Origin: the human T2T-CHM13v2.0 reference genome, Homo sapiens | Strand: one strand, 5' to 3' | Assembly: GCF_009914755.1 (NCBI RefSeq) | Contig: NC_060941.1 | DNA: 64,000 bases | Part shown: in pieces, positions 49,495 through 64,000 of the stretch | Layout of the letters: every line of letters starts with the position of its first letter | Position numbering within the stretch: position 1 is the first letter of the stretch | Position numbers and translations under genes: made by a program | Notes under the pieces: model-generated | Seen by the model: only the letters and a program-made list of their open reading frames with translations | Databases searched by the model: none | What the model was told of the DNA's origin: nothing

Positions 49495-49990
49495 TGCATT
49501 TATTCTTCAAGAAATATTTGTTGAATGCTTATCACAGGCTAAGCACAAAAAGTAAACGAAATAGATCTAATCTCTACCTTAACTAAGAGTTTACAGTCTA
49601 GCAAAGAATATAGACTTAAATAGACAATCAGAATAAATTGTGACAACAAAGGAAGTTATGGGTGTACAGGCCCATAGTAGAGGCACCTAGTCTCGAGGGG
49701 AAGGTAAATCACGGAAGGCCTCTCAGAGAACTCATCTTTCACCTGAAACCCCCAAAATTAGCAGGCCAAGAATGTGTACTGGGGGAAAGGTGGGAAGTTG
49801 GTGAGATGAGGAAAAGAATGGCCCAGGCATGGGAACATCATATGCAGAGGTCCAGAGGTGAGAGATCACAGTTTAGTTGGAGAGACAAAAAATTTCAAAT
49901 TGGAGGGCAGAACACAGAGGTCAGGAGAAGGGTGGTGAAAGATTAATATGGAGGGCAAGCTTGTAGCAATATACAGTATTTTATACTAAA
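49495..49990 (-). mobile_element. L2 3' end
   Basis: cattTattcttcaagaaatatttgttgaatgctta...gtttacagtctag. Confidence 0.6.
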
Positions 49991-52854
49991 AGTAATACAA
50001 AATCATTTGAAGTCGCATATTTAAAACTTAAACACAGCTCTGACAAAAATGCATCTTTCTGTTATAATTCATAGCTGCCCTAAAACGAAAATTCTCTCAG
50101 CTTCCAGGTAGCTTATAGGTATCTATGTCAGCAAGTCAGGGTAGGAAAAGCAAACAGGAAAAGATGACTGAAGGACAAGGGAAAAGAGGGTATTTGCAAC
50201 ACTAGAGGCATGATATGATTATCACACCCCAGCGAAAAACTGCTGTAGAATTTGAAGGCCAGCTGAAAAGATTCTGAGTTGGCAAGATGCACCCAAGAGC
50301 ACTAGGTTTTGTAGACTGGTGAAAGTTTCTTACATTCTCCCAAATTCTCTCATCTTGTACATTCACAAAGCTGCTCTTCTGTTTATTTAGAGGAGAATGA
50401 CATCTTATGGGTCATATTTTTCAAACTACTAAAAGATTAAGGTTGCCTCCTGTTTTCTAAGTAATGCTCCTAGTACACTAAAAGCAAAAAATATTTGTCT
50501 GTGTTCCCTAACAGTTGCAAGGGTTTTTGTTGATATATGTTTCTAAAACTCAAAAGTTCACTTCAATCAACCTTTTATTTGGAGGCAGGATGAATGGCCA
50601 AATGCTGTTGAAAACAACTCCACCGACCAAATACCAATCAAAGTGTTCCTAGAGGGGAAATTTCGTAAAAGTATTTGAACTACTAAAGCAGAACTCACAT
50701 TTCCAAAAAGAAAAATGGCATAAATTTCTGCCTATTCTAGCATTACACTCAAGAAAATACTTGAGGTTTTTGTCTATGGGGAAAAGGGTTAGCACCACCC
50801 TTTGGCAAAAAAAAATTAAAAAATAAAAAAAAGTCTCAAGTACTGGCAAATACTCTTCACATGTGAATGCTTGTCCTCACTGGGCATAATTACAGAAATG
50901 TCCATTCTCTCTCTTTGTTGGTGATTTTATTCTCGTTTTACTTCATCAGCCCCCTGCATACTTCTGCCATCATCCCTCGTCCCATCCCCTAACCCCTCTC
51001 CTCTTTTCATAGCCCTCTAAGCCTGTTGGTTGGCAGTCACACTCTCAACAGAAAGATAGAGTTGGAGGTGGGAGTGCAGGAGAGGGAAAGAAGGGAGAGA
51101 CATAAGAAGAAATTCTGTTCTCCCTTCCCTTTCGGCCCTTCCACTGGTTCTCACCTCCTCCCTACGTGGGGCCCCATTCCTGCCCTCATTCTGTCCCCTT
51201 AGATGGTCTCTTCCCTAATCCTCAGAACCCGAACCTGGCTCCCATCAGCTCCTCACTCCTGCCCAGCCCTGCTCAATGGAGTCATTCCCCAGTCACAAGT
51301 ACCAGCATCAGAGAGCTTGGAGTTGGAGAGGAGGGGGATAAAGAGTGCACTCCCCCAACTAACAAGAGGAAGCAAGTAGAAGGGGGAGATATTCAGCAGA
51401 GAAGGAGTTTTCAGAAGCCCAAGTTGGAAGGTGAGCCCCCATCAAAATATTGTCTATAGTCCTCTTCTCTAGGTATAATACTTGAAAAGTAGTTTTTAAA
51501 AAATAGGTTGGCCTGCAAATCAGCCTAAAAACACGGTCCTTTTTCCCATAAAAACATTGCTTCTATAAGAAAATATCTAAGTGAACATTGGAAAATAATC
51601 TATGTATTGACTTTTAAAAAATTGTAGGAGCAGGATGCTATTTCAGCCTCATCTTCTCTTAAATTTTCAATGATACCTGTATTTTTTTTTCTAGTTATAA
51701 GGAAAATGTTTCCTTTATCTTGCAGACACTTCACTCTGAATACTTTGAAGCAGTTAAAACCTAAAAGACCAGACATCACCCCTCCCAGTTGGAGATGGGA
51801 CCCTGGGTGGAAAAGGGTAGAGGGATAGAAAAGGTTTGTTGGGTTTGTGGAGGAGAAGAGGAAAGGAGAACAAGCAAAGGAGGGACTCCCAGGGGTCCAT
51901 CCCAGGGCTCTCCTTGTACTGGTGGTGGTGGGCAGGGACTAAAAATCTGTTTGTGTTATCCCCAGGACTTCCATGAGTGAACTACTAACAGTAAGACAAT
52001 CTTTCCAAAAATAATGGGCTATGCCTAACCACCTTGTCATGTCTAGCCAACCATGCCTGCCACACCAAAACAATCTCCACCTTGGAAACAGTAGAAAACC
52101 ATATTTCATTCTAGGGTATCTGAGTATTCTATACATTTAATTAAATGTCACAAGTATCTCGTTAAGTTACATATTGCTATTTTATGGAAGAAAGCAACCT
52201 AGTTGGTAATCCCACTTGTATAAAGTCTCATTGACAGCTTCTGGTAGAAACAAAAATAATAATTCCCAATTCCCTGTCACAGGTACACTGAAGTTATCAG
52301 ACCATTAGGATTTCTGCAGTCACTCTTAAATATATCACTAAAATCAAACCTCTAAGACTTTAGTGTTTAATTTTCCTGTCCTATTAATTGAAACCTTCAT
52401 GGAAACCTTCACTATTTTCACATCAATTACATAAAAGTACCATAGTGGGGAAAAATGACTTTCAGTTTGTCTAGAACATGTTTTAAACTTACCTAAAACT
52501 TTTGATCTGAAAAATGTCATCATTAAGGCATATACTTTTTACCTTTTGCCAAGAAGGAAAACGTGTTGGCAGGCTAAAATCAAACCTTATACCTACCAGC
52601 TTTGTTTTGGTTTGCAGGAAGTTGTCAGCATTACAATAGAAAAGTCGTGGGCATGTTCTGGTTGTGGCTAGGTTCGACCTGCTAACTGTGTTTGCCCCAT
52701 GACCTAAGAAATGTGCAGTGTTTGTATTTTTAATTTTCCTTCTACCTCCTGTAGAGGAAAAATGAAAATACCTATATACTCACAACACAGAGAAAACAAA
52801 AACCAGAAACTAAAACAATGAGAGTACTTTAGATCAAGTTTTAACTAGCAGCTA

Positions 52855-53242
<388 letters not shown>

Positions 53243-53249
53243 ATTCTGC

Positions 53250-54525
<1,276 letters not shown>

Positions 54526-54617
54526 TGCTAAGAAGAAAGGGAGAAAAATGGATGGAAGGGAGGGAGGAAGAGAGGAAGAAAAGAAGAGAGAGGGAGGGAG
54601 AGAGGGAGAAAGAAACA

Positions 54618-54695
54618 TTAGGCTGTTGCAAAAGTAATTGCAGATTTTGCCATTTAAAAGTAATGGCAAAAACCTCAATTTTTGCATCAACCTAA
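54618..54695. mobile_element. MADE1 mariner MITE (palindromic)
   Basis: ttaggctgttgcaaaagtaattgc...gccatttaaaagtaatggc...tttgcatcaacctaa. Confidence 0.88.
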
Positions 54696-54698
54696 TAG

Positions 54699-55105
<407 letters not shown>

Positions 55106-56232
55106 TGAATAGATGTTTTCTGTAGCTACCTATGCACCCCAGCCTACTTCTCATACTAGATTTATAATATATAGTACCTTAATTAATTCCAGCTACTACA
55201 ATATTGGTTTAACTAAGCACAAATATGTGCCATTGGATATATTTTAGTAAAGCGTCTATTATTTGAATAAAAATTTTATTTTCCCATAACATACTCATAT
55301 TAGAATGTCAACAATGTTAGGAGGAGACCCTAAATGAGAATTCAAATAATTCACAAATGATTTTATTAGAGTCAGCAGCCTTGAGGAAGACTTGCTATCT
55401 GGATGGTAAGACCACTCTATTCCTGAGCTCAGATCTGTCCTATCTTCCATGTAAATGCTGGATACTAAAATTAAGCAGTGGAACTCAAAGACTCCAAACC
55501 TGAAAATCCATCTGTTATAATCACCTAACCTATAATGCAGCACTGACAAACTGGAAAGCAAGCAATGAACTCGGAAACACAGGGGAAACAAATATGAATA
55601 AATGTAGCAGAAATTATAGGATTTCTGTAGGGTGTAATGGCTTATAACATGAAAAAATTAGATCTATGATAGTTAGGTCAATATGTTAAGATTCTCAGAT
55701 GGTGGTAAAACTTGATACTTACCTTATTTTTCCTATATTTAAAATGATTAAAAACTGTTTAAGTATTATACTTATGAAATTAGGTAAAAATATTATCTTA
55801 ATAACTGGTACTACAGTTCCTCTTAGGGAAAGAACTGTCATTGTTTGGGAAAATAACTTGTTTTGCTGTGTGTCACTATTGGTGGGAACCTAAACAACTA
55901 TACAGATAGTTAAACTGCCTTTTCATGTGGCAGGGAAAAAAATATATGTATTTTTTACTTTAGATAGGATAAAGAAAGAAAGTGACAATGAGAAGGCATA
56001 AGGCTGGGAACTAAATCAAGTGAAAGAATAGAGGATATACCCTGATAACTGGGGTGGCAGAAGGGTATTTAGGAATAGGAATGCCTAATGCTCAAATCAT
56101 TTGCATGACTGTAATGTAAACCCTTCCTCCCCATCCTGGCACCCCCTGATTCTCCAGGGATGTTTTCTATACTCATAGGGACTTCATGTGAATAGGCTTT
56201 TGTGGAAATTGAGAAGGAAAACATGTCTAGGC

Positions 56233-56444
56233 CAGGGCTTCTCAACCTCAGCACTATTGACAATTCGGGCTGGATGATTCTTTACTGTGGAGGGAGTGTC
56301 CTGTGCATTGTAGGAAGTTTAGCAGCATCCTTAGCTTCTACCCACTAGATGCCAGGAGCACCCTCCCGAGCTGTAACAACCAAAACGTCTCCAGATGTTG
56401 CCAAAAGCCCCCAGGGTCAAAATCACCCCTGTTGGCAACCACTG
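56233..56444 (+). mobile_element. MER20 hAT fossil
   Basis: cagggcttctcaacctcagcactattgaca...ctacccactagatgccag...caaccactg. Confidence 0.85.
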
Positions 56445-56760
56445 GTTTGGGCCTACACAACCCAGGACAGACAGCATGCATAGCAGCAGGGAAGCCTGGA
56501 GGGAAAGCTGACCTTGACAAGGCATGCTCTTTGAGAATCACCCTGATCCTGAGGAGAGCTGTGAACTTCCATGGGGAGCAGCTCTTACCTAGAGTTCAAA
56601 AGACCTAGGCAGTCCATCTAACACTAGACGATAATCAGAATGAAGTTCAAATATCTCTACCACGTTTTTTTAAATTTTAGCAAACAAAAGGGAGGAGAAT
56701 AGACCTTTTTTTAAAAACTGGGAATTAATGCAAAATACTAGTTTTACACACACAAAATAG

Positions 56761-57121
<361 letters not shown>

Positions 57122-57401
57122 TGATATGCTCAGTCATACACAAACAGACTAGGTAAAGCTTCAAGTGCCATCTCAGAGAATCCTTTTGTGACAAAACAAA
57201 ATTTCAACTGAAACATCAGGGTAGAAAAATTATATGCCTGGGAATCTATAAGAATATAGAAAACTCAGAGAACTGCAGGCTAGGTGACAACAAAAGCAAT
57301 GAAGCTAATTTTCTCTCCTTCCTCCATAAAGTTTCTCATCAAAATGATCACTAGACTCTGAAGGAAAGAAATGGAGATTTTGAAAGAATCCCTAAAAGTC
57401 G

Positions 57402-57812
<411 letters not shown>

Positions 57813-57849
57813 TCAGCTGGATAACTCAAGTGAAAAAAAATTTAATTTT

Positions 57850-58095
57850 ATTTATCAGACATTTATATGGTGTTTAGTACATACCAGATACTGTTCTAAA
57901 TTCTTTTCAAATATTCATTCCTTTATTCTTCATATAAATTCTGTAAGATAGGTACCACTATTATCTCAATACTACAGATAGGTACCATTATTATCTCAAT
58001 ATTACAGATCAAGAAACTGAGACCCATGGTCCATTTAGTGAGTAAATGGTAGTAAGAAAGTGGAAGAGTTAGAATTTGAATCTAGGCAAATTGCA
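57850..58095 (-). mobile_element. MIR with an internal 30-bp tandem duplication
   Basis: aggtaccattattatctcaatattacagatcaagaaactgagac. Confidence 0.65.
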
Positions 58096-58984
58096 CACAG
58101 AGAAAATATACAGGACCTATGAGAAAACATTAATGTTCAAAAAGAAAAGATCACCTGAAGAACTAAAGACAATGCCTCCTTCTGAAGCAGATTTATTATT
58201 AAAGAACAGAAATGTTTAGAAAATTTCTAATTCTCGGCAACATCCAAAAAGTCATTAAATGTACAAATCAGCACTTTATAGACGTAATGAAAATGAGACA
58301 ATGAATGATGAGGAAAGAATACATGGCAACTTTTTAAAAAATAAATAAATGTTGAATTTAAAACCATAATGAAAGCAATGACAGATGAGACAGTAAAAAA
58401 GATGAAACAGAGAGAGCATATCAGGAGTCCAATATATGTATGCTATAAACCCAAGTATGACAGAATAAAACAGATGGAGCAGAAGCATAATAGAAGAAAA
58501 CTTTCCCAACTCAAAGGGAGACCAGAGTCCATAGATCAAGCAGGTTCACTACATACCAGGCAAAATTATTAAAAGGCCTTCCTGGCATGCTATTGAACAA
58601 CAACAACAAAAAGTATTAAAAAGTCTAAGTAAGACCTTGATACTAACTAGTGACATTTTTGAGAGCAAAGAAAAATATTCTATACTACCCCAGCTGAGAG
58701 GAGTGGATTATAAATGAAATATACCAGGCTGGCATCACACTTCTCCTTCACAAAACTGAAGGCCAAAAAATAATGGCACAATTTTTAGAGGCTTAGTTGA
58801 GGGGAGGTTGAAGGAAGGGGAAAAGTGTGACCCCAGAACTTCATGCCCACAGCTAAGTTTATATGAAATAAGGGAGACACATTCTCAGACATACAGAGGC
58901 TTAGTAAGCCTATTATCAAAGTACCCTTCCTGAGAAATTCACTCAGCATTATATTCTAGATCATCAACTACCAGGACTTTACAC

Positions 58985-59135
58985 ACTGTCCAGTACAGTA
59001 GCCACTGTGGCTACTAAGCAGCTGAAATGTCGCTAGCACAACTGAGGAACCAACTTTTTTTTTGTATTTAATTTAATTAATAATTTAAATTGAAATAGCC
59101 ACATGTGGCTAGTGACTATTATGGTCAACAGCACA
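58985..59135. mobile_element. MER3/MER33-like hAT fossil
   Basis: cactgtccagtacagtagccact...tagccacatgtggctagtgacta. Confidence 0.65.
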
Positions 59136-59213
59136 GTGTTAATATCTAAGAGATAAAATAGCGTTCAAGGATGAAAAATTCATGGTACCAAAAGTAAGAA
59201 ATGAACAAGTTAA

Positions 59214-59417
<204 letters not shown>

Positions 59418-59483
59418 TAAAACTATTTGTGGAATAAAAATAGGGTATATAACTTGAAGGCAAAAAAAAACTCACTTAACGAT

Positions 59484-60095
<612 letters not shown>

Positions 60096-60122
60096 CCGTG
60101 ATCTAAGAAAACCCTCAGGAAA

Positions 60123-60745
<623 letters not shown>

Positions 60746-62459
60746 TCAGGAGACAATAACAAGTGAAAAATTATAAGTAGAAAAATCAATAGACAAACCT
60801 GTGCACAAATATGTCCCAACTTTTAAAGTATATCCATATAATGAACACTGAGAAAAATACATGGAAATTTAACAATTATTGATTCTGAGTAACTGTATCC
60901 TATTGTGTGTTTTCTAAATTTTCTATAATTAGCATTATTACTTTTATAATCAGAAAATTTTAACATAAAAAAGGAATAGAACTATAGTTATATCTCACTT
61001 TTCAGAATTCAACTGAGCAGTAGCCTCACTGATCTGCAAGACAATCCAGTTTCAAAAATTAAGCAAAAAAGATTCTGAGCAGCCAAAATACATCTTACAA
61101 AGCCCACACTTAAAGGTGTGGGTACTTTGTTCATCAAGAAAGCTCTTTGTAACTTCTTTTACATATATCTCAATTCCAACTAACGTGGTTATCTGATGTA
61201 CCAGAAGCACTGGGAATGTAGACACACAGACAAGGGTGCAAAGTGATAGGCCTTGGCCTAACAGCAAGAAAAAAATAATGAAAATAAAAATATAAAGCAG
61301 ACACAGACACTTACAAAGCAGTTCAGGGGCAACTATGGCCAAACATCCTAAACAATATATTACCATAAAGTATGGTAATAGATATTCACTATAACAACTT
61401 TGAGTTAAAGAGTGCTCTAAAGAGGTTCATTTGAAGATAGCCGTAGACTGGTTGGCTAAAGAAGAAAAATTCCTAATGCATTTTAGGAAAAACCTGATCA
61501 CAAATATTTATAAGAAGAAGAAAAGAGTGCTTAAAGAGAATCTCCTCAGCTATCCAGAGCAACTCATTTCTGCAAGTTCCCCACAGTTGGAATTTTACTA
61601 TACTGAAACGGATTTTATGATTGACTGCATTGACTAATACAGATCTGGAGAACAATCTGGAAGGAAATGATTAATGACTGCTTCTTTACAAGGAAGTTTA
61701 AAAATAAATAACTATAGGCATATCAGAATCAGCATTAACACAGCAATTGCTACTACATGCAGCCAGGTTGTTAATGTTATTTTGGCTTAAATCCATATTC
61801 TGGGCAGGATTTAGTACCATGTAGGCAGTTGGGACCTATCAGCTACCAGGGTAATGTCAGTAGGCCCCATTCCATCACACAGGACAAACTACGAACCAAA
61901 GAAATATCTATTCCACCTCCTTCATACTTGTCTCTTTTGCTTCTGACTTCAAAAGCAGGGCTAGAAAGACCAGGAAGAAGAGACTGATTATGTTTATATC
62001 TGTGGAGCAAAGATTATGCAAACTGCCAGCACTTCATTGTTTTTGTTTTCGGTGTGGTTATCACAGAACAAAAACAAAAAGATAACTTCTACATCTGAAG
62101 CCCCATTATTTGAAAACAGACCTGAATATTTCCTCCTCTTTCAATAAAGCAGAAAGCACCCTCCATTTTACTTATCTATGAGGTATTTATTTGTTGATAG
62201 GGGACTAGTTACTATTTCTATATGAGAGCTTGACAGAGTCTATCTAAAGAAGCTATTTCCTGAGTTACTCTAGAAACCTCACACTGTTTTGATATTTGCC
62301 AAAAATCCAAGATAGCGTGTTTTTTTTTTTTAATTTCTCCACCTTCCATACCCCTCAGGGCTAAAAAGAGAAAAACATGATCACAAGCATAGTAAATGGT
62401 CCGTTAGCACTCTGACCTCTCTGAGTTTCTATTTGTCTTTTGTTCCTTTTTCTTTTAAA

Positions 62460-62990
62460 TACCCTTACTGTTTATTTTTTCCTGTTTACAGAAGTAATGC
62501 ATGGTCATTGTCACAATTCAAACAACACAAAGATGTATGAAATAAAAATTAATAACCTCCCCTCCTCCAAACTCTCAGTCTTCTCTCAAGGAAGCCAATG
62601 TTAACAGTCTGGTATATATTCTTTTTTACTTATTCCTAGGCTTACACAAATATTTATAACATATGTGGCTTTTCTTGTTTTGTCTTTTGGTTTTCAAGCA
62701 AAAATGGGATATTACATGTACTATCATGCATTTTGCCTTTTAGTCTTAAAAATATGCCATGGACACTTTCCAAGCCTATATATAGATCCACAGAATACTC
62801 TTTTAGTGGCTGTGAAGTATTCCATGAGACAAATGTCCCATAATTCATTCAACCATCACCCTGAGTCTCCCAACTTATTAACATTTAGCATAGATCTTCG
62901 TGCATATACTACTTCATGACCTTTCACTTCAGTGACAGATTTTTAGAAGTGAGGTTTCTAGGTCGAGTGAAACATTTCCAAGTGTCTCAA
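62460..62990 (-). mobile_element. L1ME-type 3' fragment
   Basis: caaaaatgggatattacatgtactatcatgcattttgcc...gtattccatg. Confidence 0.5.
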
Positions 62991-64000
62991 ATTTTATATT
63001 TAAACAAAATTAATTTTAGGCCTTGGGAATTTCTGTTCTCTTCATTATGCAAAATTTTGTTATCTACCTTTCACAATGCTTTACATATTTTATTCTTAAA
63101 AGCACACACATTATGTCAAAAAATGCCCCTGTCATTTATGCTTGTGTAGTTATAAATAAATAAATGCTTAAGTTATGGCTGTGATGTCCAGTGTTAAATC
63201 ACTGTGCAAATGCTTATGCCTTGGTTTATGAAAGTAGTAATTCATTGTGGAAACCCCACCCCCACAGCCATGTGGCAGCACTAGAGTTGCAGCCCTCACA
63301 TCCTGTGACTCCCTCCCACAGAGTGACTATATAGAGATCAGGACCTCCATTTTTTCTAATTGTCAACAGTTAACCTTAAAAAGTGTGTGGTGGGGGAGAC
63401 AAATAGCAACAAACAACAAATTGATGGCCATTTTGGGTTTCTAATATGGACAGATTATTTGTAACACAATGAATAATCCTCCTGGTCTACACCAGCGACT
63501 GTGTTCCAAAAGAAATAAAACTTGTAACCAATATATTGCTATTATTATTACAGGAACCTTTAAAAAACATATCTTCAAACATTTTTCAATAGAATTACTG
63601 GATGAATCACACTTTACATTTTTTTCTCTACTTCAGATTCAAGTTCTAATTGCAAACTTAAAAAAAAAAGCCTTAAAGAAATACATTAACCAACGAAGCT
63701 CCTTATAATTTGGTTTCAGACTCCTCCATATATTTTAAAGACCTGAGCACCAACAGAGATTGTTAAGATACAGCAAGCTTGATACAGAAGTATGCGACAT
63801 GCAATTAATCTCCATTCATACCCCGCTCTACTTGTCAGCAAACAAAGGTTCTGCTTTAGAAGGAGATCTGAAGACTTCAATTAAAAACAGTCAGCTAACA
63901 AGAAAATAATCTAAGCTAAAGGAAGGTGGCAGGTGCAGAAATGAGTTGTTTACCAAAGTGTCAGTTTTGAACAATGAAGAACTGCACATCAAAAATGCTG

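Overview
Human (primate) genomic DNA, AT-rich and dense in repeats: about 47 Alus plus L1, L2, MIR, MaLR LTRs and hAT/mariner fossils. The only supportable coding sequence is one 106-nt minus-strand exon (32147-32252). It encodes (D)[34 protein letters not shown](R), which I recognise as exon 2 of SKAP1 (SKAP55, T-cell adaptor, 17q21.32). The rest of the window is SKAP1 intron 1 (right) and intron 2 (left); I did not find exons 1 or 3 in it. The window also holds a full-length U3 snoRNA retropseudogene (17840-18055, minus). The other ORFs in the track look like Alu/L1/low-complexity artefacts. I see no new multi-gene system. The most unusual signals are genome-history and splicing features: (1) a U3 retrocopy with TSDs, no poly(A) tail and a 3' extension resembling an snRNA 3' box; (2) two templated-insertion scars, a 41-bp copy from 3.2 kb away inside a MER1A and a MIR-like piece inside a younger AluJ; (3) an ancient ~330-bp local duplication; (4) an in-frame cryptic acceptor 39 nt upstream of exon 2, next to a very young L1 fragment. 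Repeat subfamily names and boundaries are by eye and approximate.
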